From Candidatus Chisholmbacteria bacterium (GTDB lineage Bacteria > Patescibacteriota > Microgenomatia > UBA1400 > Chisholmbacteraceae): a stretch of DNA of 64,000 nucleotides. The notes beneath the pieces were generated by a model. It had not been told where the DNA came from. It saw only the letters and a program-made list of their open reading frames with translations, and made no database searches. Shown here piece by piece: positions 19,228 through 29,434 of the stretch. The position numbers and the translations under genes were made by a program. The first letter of the stretch is position 1. Each line of letters opens with the position of its first letter. Location of the stretch: positions 259,438 through 323,437 of the forward strand of contig CAVPHZ010000001.1 of NCBI GenBank assembly GCA_963704905.1. The letters run 5' to 3'.

Positions 19228-20172
19228 ATGTCTGAAGATCGACATAAGCAAGTTCGTTCACAATCGGTTTCTGTTATAACGGTAACACGTGGTAGAGTTG
19301 AGTCTCTCGAGAAGCTATTGTTTTCACTTTCTAAGCAGATTATTTTGCCCTTGGAAGTTATTTTAGTGGTAAATGACCAATCCTCAGATCAAGAACAATT
19401 ACTCAGCGCCCAATTTAATAACTTGAGAATTAGTATCAATACGGAGCCGCGGATTGGAATTCCGATTGCCAGGAATACAGGAACAAGACATGCTCATGGC
19501 GATATTCTTGCCTTTATTGATGATGACTGTGTTGCATTACTCAATTGGGTGCAGCAAATAGAGCTAGCTCATGCATCGCTATCTGAAAAGTACATCATTC
19601 AAGGAAAATCAGTCAGTTTACCTCGAGAAAATTTCTATGCCAAGATTACGTCCCAGCATTATAAAAATTGGCTGGCTTCTCAGCTTTCAGCATCTAGAGA
19701 CTGTTCTACATTCGATACTAAAAATCTTTCTTTAAAACGATCTGTGTTCAAATATAAGCGAAATCTTTTTAACGAAAAATTACGTTATGGTTCAGATGAC
19801 ATCGAACTTGGCTTCCGGTTACGACAAAATGGGTATCGGATTATTTATGACAGCAGTATCGTAGTTCAACACTATGAACGGACGACGTATTTGACTTTTA
19901 TTCACCAACATCTTCGATTTGCTATGGGTGAGGCTGAGTCAAATCGTCTCATACAACACTTAGATCTGGTACGGATGTTTCCTCGTAAAAAAATGGCGCT
20001 TCACGTAAAAAGTATTTTTTTCAATCTCACTGTTTACATTCAATCGCTTCAATTCATTCAAATGATACGCTATATCCTGGTTATTATCAGTCTTTTTTTT
20101 GTTCGAACACTTGGATATTTATTCGGTTTGCTTTTAAGTAGAAAGCTCAAACAGTCGATCGAATTCACTTAA
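19228..20172 (+). CDS. Glycosyltransferase family 2
   Basis: VSVITVTRGR...ILVVNDQSSD...FIDDDCV = GT2 DxD fold; C-terminal TM. Confidence 0.7.
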   Translation: MSEDRHKQVRSQSVSVITVTRGRVESLEKLLFSLSKQIILPLEVILVVNDQSSDQEQLLSAQFNNLRISINTEPRIGIPIARNTGTRHAHGDILAFIDDDCVALLNWVQQIELAHASLSEKYIIQGKSVSLPRENFYAKITSQHYKNWLASQLSASRDCSTFDTKNLSLKRSVFKYKRNLFNEKLRYGSDDIELGFRLRQNGYRIIYDSSIVVQHYERTTYLTFIHQHLRFAMGEAESNRLIQHLDLVRMFPRKKMALHVKSIFFNLTVYIQSLQFIQMIRYILVIISLFFVRTLGYLFGLLLSRKLKQSIEFT

Positions 20173-20197
20173 TGTATTATGACAATTAACTCCTAAG

Positions 20198-20659
20198 ATG
20201 AAACAGCAATTTAAAATTGGTCTTGTAACATCCAGAGGCGGTCATCTTTATCAACTCTACCGGCTGAAAAAATGGTGGAAAAATCATGATCGTTTTTGGA
20301 TTACGTTTCGAGGGGAAGACGTTGACTCCCTTCTTACTGATGAGAGGATCCATTATGCCTATTCACCTGAATCGAGAAATGTTGTTAATGCCATCAAAAA
20401 CGCGTTCTTGTCCATTCGGATTCTTCGAAAAGAGCGACCGGATATTCTTATCAGCTGCGGAGCCGGTATTGCTCCTCCAGTATTTTTTGTTGCAAAACTT
20501 TTCGGAACTCGATTAATCTATATCGAACCGTATGATTTTATCGAGTATCCCAGTTTATCTGGAAGGCTTGTCCGAATTTTGGTTGATAAATATCTTGTTC
20601 AACATAAACGGCAACTCCGATTTTTTTTACGGGCTGAATATTGGGGATCCACGCTATGA
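20198..20659 (+). CDS. Alg14-like membrane-anchor subunit of a split UDP-sugar transferase (PssD/Cps14F-type)
   Basis: 153 aa; KIGLVTSRGGHLYQLYRL...PDILISCGAGIAPPVFFVAKLFG matches the Alg14 family pattern. Confidence 0.7.
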   Translation: MKQQFKIGLVTSRGGHLYQLYRLKKWWKNHDRFWITFRGEDVDSLLTDERIHYAYSPESRNVVNAIKNAFLSIRILRKERPDILISCGAGIAPPVFFVAKLFGTRLIYIEPYDFIEYPSLSGRLVRILVDKYLVQHKRQLRFFLRAEYWGSTL

Positions 20660-21162
20660 TTTTTGTTACCGTAGGAACTACTCCTTATCCTTTTAAGCGG
20701 GTCGATAAGATTATCGATCATTTATTGAAGACTTTTCCAAAGGAAAATATAATTTATCAATCTCCAACAACCTTAAAAAATTCGAAAGCTGGGTTGGTTA
20801 TTCATTCGGAGTTTTCTTATTCCCGTTTTGTCGAATTGATTCGAAGTGCACGAGTTGTCATTTGCCATGGTGGTCCGGCTACGCTTTTTCTCTGTTTACA
20901 ATACGCTAAACGCAAGCCTTTTGTTATTCCCCGTTTACGATTTTATGGCGAACATGTTGATAATCATCAACTTTATTTTGTTAAATATCTCAGGAAACAA
21001 GCTACTATTGTCACAACTATTCGTGAACAAAACATCATGTCAGATTCAATTTCTTATTGTACTACTCCTCAAGTCCAGAAAAAACGGCAGAATCTTAGTA
21101 GTACACCTACTCTAATCCGTAATCTTGATCATTTTCTCGAATCAATCCAATTGAAGACGTAA
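20641..21162 (+). CDS. Alg13-like catalytic subunit (GT28 C-terminal domain; PssE/Cps14G-type)
   Basis: 173 aa; MIFVTVGTTPYPFKRV...VICHGGPATLF...FVIPRL pattern of Alg13/MurG C-terminal domain; overlaps the Alg14-like gene by 19 nt. Confidence 0.7.
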   Translation: MGIHAMIFVTVGTTPYPFKRVDKIIDHLLKTFPKENIIYQSPTTLKNSKAGLVIHSEFSYSRFVELIRSARVVICHGGPATLFLCLQYAKRKPFVIPRLRFYGEHVDNHQLYFVKYLRKQATIVTTIREQNIMSDSISYCTTPQVQKKRQNLSSTPTLIRNLDHFLESIQLKT

Positions 21163-21170
21163 AATACTCG

Positions 21171-22268
21171 GTGCAGTGCATATCTATGAAAGTTGCAATT
21201 GTTCATGATTCATTACTTGAGTTTGGTGGGGCTGAGCGGACGCTTGCAGTTTTTTTTCAGCTGTTTCCTCAGGCAGACCTGTACACAATGTATTTTGAAC
21301 AGTCAGTCCTAGATCAACTGAGGCGAGAGTATGGACTCAATTTCAAGCCGCATGCCGATATACTACAATCATCATTTTTCAGAGGTCGGAGTTCTTTGGC
21401 TCAACTTCTTTCACCTTTTGTTTGGAGATATCAGAAATTAGATGACTACGATCTTGTTCTTTCACACAGCTTTCATCTTATGGCAAATCTTGTGCAACCA
21501 AAACATGCAACTCACATCCAATATATTCAATCTCCACCGAAAAATATTGTAGGTCTTGAGCCTATATCGAGATTGCAATACTTTTTTCCATATCATTTAC
21601 TTCATCAAAAGCTCTATCTCTCTGCGTTGAGATCAACTCCGTATATTATTGTTAATTCTCAGCATATTCTAAAAACTATTCGAGAGATCAGCGGTATAGT
21701 TGCATCAGTCATTTATCCTCCAGTGCAGATTCCTTTGTTCTATCAACAGAAACGGAAACCTCAACATTATCTTTTTGTATCTAGGCTTGAACCTCAAAAA
21801 GGAGTTGAGATTGTCATTGAAGCTGCAAATCGATTACACCTTCCTTTAAAAATCCTTGGGGAATCGAGGATTGCTAGGTATAAAAATTTTCTTCATCACC
21901 TTGCAGGCCCGACAATTTCTTTTGAAGGAATAAAGACTCTAGAACAAATTCGAGACTACTATCAATCAGCCTACGCTTTGATTTTCGCTAGTCGAAATGA
22001 AGATTTTGGCATAAGCCCTGTTGAAGCCATGGCCAGTGGAATACCAGTTATTGCATTCCATTCAGGTGGAGTGACAGAGACTGTTGTTGAATATAAAACT
22101 GGAATGTTTTTTTATGAATACTCTGCGGATAGTTTGGTTCGTTCACTACGAAAATTTGATTGGGAACGGTACTCTCCTAAACTTCTCCATTCACATGCAA
22201 AGCAATTTAGTGTACAGCGGTTTAAAAAAGAGTTTGAAGATTATCTCTCTTCTTCACTGGAGAGATAA
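21171..22268 (+). CDS. Glycosyltransferase family 4
   Basis: KVAIVHDSLLEFGGAERTLAVFFQLFPQADLYT N-terminal GT4-like domain and C-terminal E..E region (FGISPVEAMASGIPVIAF). Alternative start at MKVAIV (21186). Confidence 0.7.
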   Translation: MQCISMKVAIVHDSLLEFGGAERTLAVFFQLFPQADLYTMYFEQSVLDQLRREYGLNFKPHADILQSSFFRGRSSLAQLLSPFVWRYQKLDDYDLVLSHSFHLMANLVQPKHATHIQYIQSPPKNIVGLEPISRLQYFFPYHLLHQKLYLSALRSTPYIIVNSQHILKTIREISGIVASVIYPPVQIPLFYQQKRKPQHYLFVSRLEPQKGVEIVIEAANRLHLPLKILGESRIARYKNFLHHLAGPTISFEGIKTLEQIRDYYQSAYALIFASRNEDFGISPVEAMASGIPVIAFHSGGVTETVVEYKTGMFFYEYSADSLVRSLRKFDWERYSPKLLHSHAKQFSVQRFKKEFEDYLSSSLER

Positions 22269-22276
22269 TCTTTATT

Positions 22277-23167
22277 TTAATTTAACACTGCGTATTTACG
22301 ACCAGCTTTGTAGAAAATCGGATAGATTACGAAGAGTACTAGAAATCCGACTTTTCCCCAGATATTTCGTTCTCTCAATCGGAGAGTTACCTCGTTCAAC
22401 CACAGTTTCTTATCGTCCTGCTTTAGTGAGGGGGTGGGGTGTATTCTCTTTTGTTGCAGGAGTTTTTGTATTCCGTATCCCTTCCAGAAATTTTTCGAAA
22501 TGAATTTTAATAGGGAGGTTGAGTATTGATGAGAAACACTCATTTCAGGGTTGTAGTGCATGTTGCTGTCTTTTAAAAACATCCTTTCTCCAAGCTCGGT
22601 GTCTTCAAGGTGTGTGTTTCCGAAAGTCGTGTCTGATGAGAAGTTAAATTTCTTTATAAAACTTGCTTTAAATGCAGAGTTTTTCGTATCAATTGCCGAT
22701 CCAGATTTTATTTTACAAATTGCGGATAAGTTCGGAATTGTTTGCATCAACCAGCGCAAGGTATAGGCTTCTTCTATACGCATGTAAGTGTTTTCTATAA
22801 GAGTTGTGCTCTTTCCAACCACTCCAACTGAATCTGGGTAAGATTGAAAGAATTGTTCAATACTTTCTATCCACTTATCATCTGCAACGCAGTCATCATC
22901 GGTAAAAGCAATGATATTTCCTCTTGCTTGTTCCATCCCTCTATTACGAGCATATGAAATGCCTATCTTTTGTTCATTGGAGTATTTGAGAGGGAGTAGT
23001 TTATTGTACTTTTGGCAGATACCAACGGTGTTGTCCGATGACGAATTATCGATTACAAGCACTTCAATTGGCTTGATTGACTGAGAAGTCAGTGATTGAA
23101 GGCAAGTGTTTAATTGTTCTGCCCTATTTCTCGTAGGAATAATTATGCTAACTTTTCTATTTATCAT
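22277..23167 (-). CDS. Glycosyltransferase family 2
   Basis: VSIIIPTRNRAEQL...VLVIDNSSSD...AFTDDDCV. Confidence 0.75.
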   Translation of the reverse strand: MINRKVSIIIPTRNRAEQLNTCLQSLTSQSIKPIEVLVIDNSSSDNTVGICQKYNKLLPLKYSNEQKIGISYARNRGMEQARGNIIAFTDDDCVADDKWIESIEQFFQSYPDSVGVVGKSTTLIENTYMRIEEAYTLRWLMQTIPNLSAICKIKSGSAIDTKNSAFKASFIKKFNFSSDTTFGNTHLEDTELGERMFLKDSNMHYNPEMSVSHQYSTSLLKFISKNFWKGYGIQKLLQQKRIHPTPSLKQDDKKLWLNEVTLRLRERNIWGKVGFLVLFVIYPIFYKAGRKYAVLN

Positions 23168-23984
23168 CTGGAAAGTTGTAGGTATAGTATCTCTCGGGAA
23201 TGTTCGGAATGCTTCCGTCTGGAAACAGTGATGTTAATTGTGATTTATAGAGTTGTATAAGATCTTTTTTTTTCTCCACATTTTCAAATATTTCCATGAT
23301 TTTGTAATATCTTGGATCAGTTTGGAAAAACTTTTCTACCTCAGGATGCTTACTGTTGTATGGAAAGTCTTCCCAAAATATGGTGTCCTTCCCCCTTGTA
23401 ATTGATAAAATAACATCTCGAATCATTACGTGATCAATGTGCCCGCCAATACCCAATGGTGCAAATATTGTTTGTTTTGGTCTAATAGCGTTTTCTATCT
23501 CTGTTACAAGATCTGATCGTGTGTCATTGTCTAGCTTTGAAATTTTTCCAGAAAATAGGTGCTTTGAGGTTGGATATACATGGACCAGCTCGGGAATAAT
23601 GCTAGATACCATCTTTTCTAATTTGCTTGTTATTTTTTTCTTTCTCCAGAGGGCATCGATAAACTTTTTGTGGTGAAGACTTAGCTTGAGTCTCTTTAAC
23701 GATCTCTCATCTTCTCTTTTTCTCTCTTTGAACATTGATACTGGTTCGGAAAATCCTGATTTCTCTGCCACTTTTTTTGCAGCTTTGGTGTAAGGAGGTT
23801 CAGAGGCTTGAGTAAACATTGTGATGACTCGAATCTTCTTCTTTTCATTCACTAAAGATGTCAGAAGTACTCCGCAGGACAACATCGCATCGTCAAGATG
23901 AGGTGAGATGAATACTAGCTCCTTGCTTTTAAGCATCTTTTCTTGTAGTGTGTTGGAACTTTTTTTAGATCTCGTATCTGACAT
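23157..23984 (-). CDS. PIG-L/LmbE-family N-acetylglucosaminyl deacetylase
   Basis: VFISPHLDDAMLSCGV (HxDD) and GIGGHIDHVMI motifs. Confidence 0.7.
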   Translation of the reverse strand: MSDTRSKKSSNTLQEKMLKSKELVFISPHLDDAMLSCGVLLTSLVNEKKKIRVITMFTQASEPPYTKAAKKVAEKSGFSEPVSMFKERKREDERSLKRLKLSLHHKKFIDALWRKKKITSKLEKMVSSIIPELVHVYPTSKHLFSGKISKLDNDTRSDLVTEIENAIRPKQTIFAPLGIGGHIDHVMIRDVILSITRGKDTIFWEDFPYNSKHPEVEKFFQTDPRYYKIMEIFENVEKKKDLIQLYKSQLTSLFPDGSIPNIPERYYTYNFPDDK

Positions 23985-24009
23985 ATACTGTGAGCAGTTT
24001 ATCAGATCA

Positions 24010-25059
24010 ATGTTGTTGAACTTAGCTATGATGTATTCGTTGATTTCACTGCTGTACTGCTCTAAATGTCAGAAGTCAATAAGACCTGAGAAGATTATTA
24101 ATAAAGTTCGAGACAAAATTTTGCATGGCACTCTCTCATGTGCTTGTCAATTATATCCAGTTCTTAATGGAGTGGTATTTTATAAACAAGACAAGATTCA
24201 AAAGAAAGTACTCCATTTTGTAGAGCACGAGAAAGAACTTCTTTCTATTAACAAGCAAATACCATTTTTTCTTTTTTCTTTACGATTAGGGTCGGTTGTC
24301 ACTTATCAACTAGTCAAGATTTGTGTTACTTATCTCAATCTTCAAAATATATCTCTAACTAAATTCTACCAACTAGTTCTTTTCCTTCAACTGGGCAACT
24401 GGGATTGGATATCCTACCTCAGAAAAAAGCAATCACATCCAAGCTTTTTTTCATCAGTTATATCAAGCATCTTGGTTAAAAAAAATGATTATCTTCTAGA
24501 TGTTGGATGTGGTGCGGGACATTTTTTAAATATTTTTGAAAATGACTCAAGGAATATTCGTTGTATCGGAGTGGATCACGACCTTACAAGCCTTTACCTT
24601 GCGAGCAAGTACTTATCTCCATCGAGTAGTTATATTTATCTTGATTTGGAAGACTCTCTTCCATTTCCACCAAACGCGTTTCAGCGAATATTCAGCTGTG
24701 ATTCATTCCATCTTGTGAATCAAAAACAAGCATTGATTAATGAATTATCAAGAATTTCCAAGTCTGGTACAATTGCGTTAAACCACCTTCATAATTCTCG
24801 ATATTTTTCTAATAAACATGGTTTTGATGAGCCTTCCCTTACACCACGTCAGTATTTAGCACTGTTTACAGATGCAAAAGTAAATCCTGTGCTTTACTCT
24901 GAAGTTGTTGTTACTGAGGGACGGCTACAATATGTGGATACACGTACTCGATTACCAACTCTTCCTACGCTTACTCTCGTCGCATACACTGGACACCAAC
25001 TTGGCAAGAAAGGCGACCTGACTCTTTCTAATAAACCATATGCTCCTAATAGTCTTTAA
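24010..25059 (+). CDS. Class I SAM-dependent methyltransferase with N-terminal Cys-rich (zinc-ribbon-like) segment
   Basis: LLDVGCGAGHFLNIF motif I; N-terminal CSKCQKS...CAC. The track start 23908 overlaps the convergent upstream gene; first ATG clear of it is 24010. Confidence 0.5.
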   Translation: MLLNLAMMYSLISLLYCSKCQKSIRPEKIINKVRDKILHGTLSCACQLYPVLNGVVFYKQDKIQKKVLHFVEHEKELLSINKQIPFFLFSLRLGSVVTYQLVKICVTYLNLQNISLTKFYQLVLFLQLGNWDWISYLRKKQSHPSFFSSVISSILVKKNDYLLDVGCGAGHFLNIFENDSRNIRCIGVDHDLTSLYLASKYLSPSSSYIYLDLEDSLPFPPNAFQRIFSCDSFHLVNQKQALINELSRISKSGTIALNHLHNSRYFSNKHGFDEPSLTPRQYLALFTDAKVNPVLYSEVVVTEGRLQYVDTRTRLPTLPTLTLVAYTGHQLGKKGDLTLSNKPYAPNSL

Positions 25060-25060
25060 T

Positions 25061-26197
25061 CTAAGTGATAAAGATGTTGTGAAGTTTTTCTGTCGACACT
25101 TCCCATGAGAATTGTTTTGCTAGTTGGATGCATTTCTTTTGAATTTGTATTTTTTCTTTATTGGTTAACCCGTCATAAAACATAATTCTCTTTTGCAATT
25201 CAGTTGTACTCGCATCTTCTAATATCAACCGGGGGTCAATTTTCTTCTGAAGTTTTGCGAGTTCACCGACTTGAGTCGTCAACATTGGTGTTCCACAGGC
25301 AATTGATTCGAGATAACTCAACGGTAAAACCTCGGTTCTTGAAGGAAGAATGGTTATCAGGCTCTGGTGATAGAGTGTAGCTAACTTCTCTGGTGTTTGA
25401 TTCTTGAAAGCTTTGCAATTGTTTAAGTAGTTGATTTTAAAGAGAATACCCTTTTCGTACAGCTGATCGCTCGATTCTACATAGGCAAAAAGAAACTGAA
25501 ATGCTTTGAGGTTTTTTGCCGTCTCAATAATTGTTGATACTCCTTTGTCTTCGCTCAGGCGACCACTGTACAGAATCGTCTTACGCGATGTGTTCTTCTT
25601 CTGTCCTTTTGAGTTGAACACATTCTGCTGAATACCATAAGGAATAACTTCGATTCTCTTTACTTTCAAGAATGAGAAGTGGCGTCTTAGTTTTCGTTTG
25701 GCTGTTTCTGTTGGACATACCACTTTATCGACCTTTCGAAGTGTTATGCGCTCAATGATTGTCATTGTGCTGAAATACATGAATATATACACCATTAAAA
25801 AGAATGCGTGTCGGTGTTTTTTACATTCAACCAAGACTGTATCATGTTTCATTCCATGGAAATGAAAGATCCGCTTACTTCTCCGGCTTGTTGGATGGAG
25901 TGTTGCTACAAACAGACACACTAATGATGGAGAGTAGATCACTTCTCTTTGAGTTTTTATAGAAAACTTTTGACTGAGCGCGTTCCAGCAGCTACTAAGA
26001 TTTGAAATTAAATTCAACCAGAGCTGAAATTTTGGACCTGGTCTAGCAAAGGTTTTATATGTTCTTATCTCTGCATCAGTGATGGTATTTGAACCATATT
26101 GTTTTTTGTAGCTGCTAATAAACTGCTTCGTCGCAATCCATTCCCCACCAGCCTCATGCGGATACAAGGCGAGAATGTTGTATTTGTTATGTTTCAC
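25061..26197 (-). CDS. Glycosyltransferase family 4
   Basis: C-terminal glycos_transf_1 region with TEVLPLSYLESIACGTPMLTTQVGE. Confidence 0.7.
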   Translation of the reverse strand: MKHNKYNILALYPHEAGGEWIATKQFISSYKKQYGSNTITDAEIRTYKTFARPGPKFQLWLNLISNLSSCWNALSQKFSIKTQREVIYSPSLVCLFVATLHPTSRRSKRIFHFHGMKHDTVLVECKKHRHAFFLMVYIFMYFSTMTIIERITLRKVDKVVCPTETAKRKLRRHFSFLKVKRIEVIPYGIQQNVFNSKGQKKNTSRKTILYSGRLSEDKGVSTIIETAKNLKAFQFLFAYVESSDQLYEKGILFKINYLNNCKAFKNQTPEKLATLYHQSLITILPSRTEVLPLSYLESIACGTPMLTTQVGELAKLQKKIDPRLILEDASTTELQKRIMFYDGLTNKEKIQIQKKCIQLAKQFSWEVSTEKLHNIFIT

Positions 26198-26215
26198 TGA
26201 AATTAGTTGATGCTA

Positions 26216-27151
26216 TTACTCTTCGCTGTCGAGAAGTTTTGTGATTGTTGGAAAGACACTTATATGGTCAAAGTTTAATGGCAATACTGATCCAATTTTT
26301 ACTGGTATGTCATCGAACGCGTATATTTCGTTTCGAAATACTTTTGTCTTCAATAGAATGGTATATGTTACATCCTTTAATACAGGATCTGTTACTTCCA
26401 GTGGTTGTCCCATGTCAGTAATTACAATTCTTCTAGCTGGCACTATCTCATTTGACTCTATTTTAACCAATACATTTTTATTTGAATCGAGAATCTTGTC
26501 ACCAACCTTCACTGCATCGGCTATTTCCGGTAACACTCCGTACACATCTGAGTACTCTCTTGAAGGGTAGAGAAGCTTTGCTTCAAGTTCTACAACTTCT
26601 GTTTCGTAAATATCCTGAATGTTGTTCACATCTGTTACAAGACCGTCAAATTGAATGGTGGAAAAATTAAACTGAAGAGGGGTTCCAAACGCCAGCTTTT
26701 GACCTTTAATTGAATATGCTTTGCTTCTGGAGTCGTATACTGCTCTTGTTTGAATCGTAAGATATACTACTTTTCTAGGAATGGTATTTGAATCTGAAAA
26801 GTAGTCTCCTCTTAATTCGCGTGGTTGACTAACATCAAATGATTCGACATCGACAATTTGAGAGTTTATTCTCCCTAAAGCATCTTTTTCCACATCACCT
26901 ATTTGAAATCTGTTCGCAAACCAACTCAAAGGTTGTGTTCTGGCATAAAGCAAGTCACGATCTGTTACTTTAACCCGTAGCTCAACAAATTCAGTCTTTC
27001 TAAATAAAAAAATAAAAACTCCTATTAGTACCGCTCCTAATACTACAAACAGTACGTAGTCTATAGTTCGTAGTGAGAGTTTTTTTAGCAAGTCTCCAGC
27101 TAATATGCTCTGCCATTTTTTCCTTAGTGTCATCATTATAGTCTCACTCAT
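26216..27151 (-). CDS. Hypothetical membrane-anchored extracytoplasmic protein
   Basis: 311 aa, a single N-terminal TM (IDYVLFVVLGAVLIGVFIFLF); no recognisable catalytic motifs; overlaps the Wzy-like gene by 4 nt. Confidence 0.3.
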   Translation of the reverse strand: MSETIMMTLRKKWQSILAGDLLKKLSLRTIDYVLFVVLGAVLIGVFIFLFRKTEFVELRVKVTDRDLLYARTQPLSWFANRFQIGDVEKDALGRINSQIVDVESFDVSQPRELRGDYFSDSNTIPRKVVYLTIQTRAVYDSRSKAYSIKGQKLAFGTPLQFNFSTIQFDGLVTDVNNIQDIYETEVVELEAKLLYPSREYSDVYGVLPEIADAVKVGDKILDSNKNVLVKIESNEIVPARRIVITDMGQPLEVTDPVLKDVTYTILLKTKVFRNEIYAFDDIPVKIGSVLPLNFDHISVFPTITKLLDSEE

Positions 27152-28614
27152 GAGTATCCGATAAGCATCCCGAGTATGATACCCAATAGAGGAAATTCTA
27201 GCAAGGCGATATGGGGTTGAAATACGTAATATATCATGATGGCTAGTAAGTTTATTTTTACTAACAACCCTTCAAAGTTGTTGACCTTTTTAACTTTTAA
27301 AGAAAAACCAGAAAGAAATATCATAAAAAATAAAATCATTGCAAAAATGCCTGAATCGACCAAGATTTGTATATATGCATTATGAACAGCTGTTGGAAAT
27401 ATACTTATTATTCCTCTTGGAAAGTATTTTATTATGGTAGCCTCATTTGTTCCTACCCCAGTTCCAATCCATAGATTAAACTGACTCGCATAGAGACCTT
27501 CTTTTATTAATTCTAATCTTGTTTCAATGCCAGCTCCTTTGTAAAAAGTATTTATAGTGAGAGCAAGTCGTGGACTAATAAGCAAAATTACTGACACAGA
27601 TAAAACACTAAAATATGCAACGTAACTTCGCCATTCCACCCTCTTCAATTTAGCAATCAACGTGCGTTTGTATTTATTTACGATTACAATTATTCCTATT
27701 AATGCTGCTGACCATACAGTCCTACTATTGCTCAGCAAAATAGTAAGACAAGATAAAAGTATTGGCACAAAGTATAGAAAGTTTCGAAAATTATTTTTTT
27801 CTTTCCATGTAAGAGCCAAATAAAGAGTTGTCTGTGTGAGAATTAGAATACCAAGTTGATTTGCATTGGTGTATGTACCTAATGGACGAAAGAACTGAGG
27901 AGAGTCTGGACTCTGACCAATTCCAGCTGACTGATAAGATTCTACACCTAATCTGATAGTTGACTGTTTTACAAACTGCATTATCGAAATAACAGATTGG
28001 AATGTGATCATTCCGGCGAGCAGTGTTGATATTCTTCTTTTATATTGTTGAGAGGTATTAATTATGTGTAGTGTTGAGAAGATCATAACTATTATAATTG
28101 CTTGTTGGACTGCAAGTATCATGGAGGTGGAGAAAAATGGAGATTTAATTGAGGAAATCAGTGCTAGTATTATATAACCAATTACACTACATGATAACAA
28201 TTTATGATGGAAAATCTTCTTTATAGTTTTATTAAATTCTTCGAACGCTTCGAATCGAATCATCCCTATTAATAAAAATAATAGTATTACATGATATGGC
28301 GTTATTCCCCATCCAGTCAGATATCCAAAACGGTAAACTTCATTTTCCATTAATCGTCCAGGAATAGCTTCGACGGTATACCACTTGCCAATCTTAAATT
28401 GACTAGCAAACACCGAAGCTAGATATAATCCAAGCGTGAGTGATTTATTCAAAACACTTGAAATAACAGCGACAAAAAGAAGCCAAATTAGAATAGCTTT
28501 ATTTGATGATGCGCTGAATAGTGCACTGAAACTTGCCAATAATGTCGATGAAATTGCTGGGTGTTTGAATGCTATTTTTTTAACTTTTGTTATGATGCTG
28601 CTATGAAACTTCAT
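27148..28614 (-). CDS. Wzy-like O-antigen polymerase / O-antigen ligase family membrane protein
   Basis: 488 aa, ~11 TMs; signature AVHNAYIQILVDSGIFAMIL (H-N-x-Y-hydrophobic-x(3)-E/D-x-G). Confidence 0.6.
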   Translation of the reverse strand: MKFHSSIITKVKKIAFKHPAISSTLLASFSALFSASSNKAILIWLLFVAVISSVLNKSLTLGLYLASVFASQFKIGKWYTVEAIPGRLMENEVYRFGYLTGWGITPYHVILLFLLIGMIRFEAFEEFNKTIKKIFHHKLLSCSVIGYIILALISSIKSPFFSTSMILAVQQAIIIVMIFSTLHIINTSQQYKRRISTLLAGMITFQSVISIMQFVKQSTIRLGVESYQSAGIGQSPDSPQFFRPLGTYTNANQLGILILTQTTLYLALTWKEKNNFRNFLYFVPILLSCLTILLSNSRTVWSAALIGIIVIVNKYKRTLIAKLKRVEWRSYVAYFSVLSVSVILLISPRLALTINTFYKGAGIETRLELIKEGLYASQFNLWIGTGVGTNEATIIKYFPRGIISIFPTAVHNAYIQILVDSGIFAMILFFMIFLSGFSLKVKKVNNFEGLLVKINLLAIMIYYVFQPHIALLEFPLLGIILGMLIGYS

Positions 28615-29412
28615 AATTCTCCCTTTTATATTCTCATTCGGTCGTGGAATTCATTTCATTATTTTGATCAATGTATTGAATCTGTATTCAAACAACATTT
28701 TAATGATTATACGATTTTGTTCGTTGATGATTGTTCTGAGTATACCAAGGATCAAAAACAGCACATCAAACAGCGCCTGAGTGGTCATATTGTTGTATTT
28801 AACAAAGAGCGCAAGCATTCACTTCGCAATGCCTATGAGATGCTGCGCACTTATGTTTCTGACGATACTTCGATAATTTTTAATCTCGATGGGGATGATT
28901 TTCTTTCAAGCCCTAAGGCATTTCAAATAATTCAGGACACCTATCAGCAAACGAATTGTTTATTAACTTATGGGGAGTGCTTTGTGCTAAAAAATTCCTG
29001 GACACCGTCGAGATATTTGCCATCTCGTTACGTACTTAAAGGTTTGAATATCCGATACCCTTCTGACGTTGAGAAAAATAATTTGTATCGAAAGGATTAT
29101 TTTCGTCCGCTTCATCCCCGAACATGGAAGGTGGATCTCTTCAGAAAAATTAGACTACAGGATTTACTCGATGACCACGGTAAGTGGTTTACCACATGTG
29201 AAGATCAAGCAATGTATTTTCCAATGCTCGAAATGAGTGGAGGTCGTTACCATGTTTTAAGGCAACCCTTATATTACTACAGAACAGGTCATGTGATTTC
29301 TGATGAGGTGTTACATCGCTCGCTACAACTACAAGATGAGAGGGATATTCAAAAAAAACCACCATACTCTCCCTTGGAAGAACAGGCAAGTAACTTAAAA
29401 CATAATATTTAG
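28603..29412 (+). CDS. Glycosyltransferase family 2-like
   Basis: ILIRSWNSFHYFDQCIESVFKQHFNDYTILFVDDCSE...LDGDDFL. Track start 28561 is GTG and overlaps the upstream gene; first ATG is 28603. Confidence 0.6.
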   Translation: MKLHNSPFYILIRSWNSFHYFDQCIESVFKQHFNDYTILFVDDCSEYTKDQKQHIKQRLSGHIVVFNKERKHSLRNAYEMLRTYVSDDTSIIFNLDGDDFLSSPKAFQIIQDTYQQTNCLLTYGECFVLKNSWTPSRYLPSRYVLKGLNIRYPSDVEKNNLYRKDYFRPLHPRTWKVDLFRKIRLQDLLDDHGKWFTTCEDQAMYFPMLEMSGGRYHVLRQPLYYYRTGHVISDEVLHRSLQLQDERDIQKKPPYSPLEEQASNLKHNI

Positions 29413-29434
29413 TTGAGAAAATATTGAAATTTTT

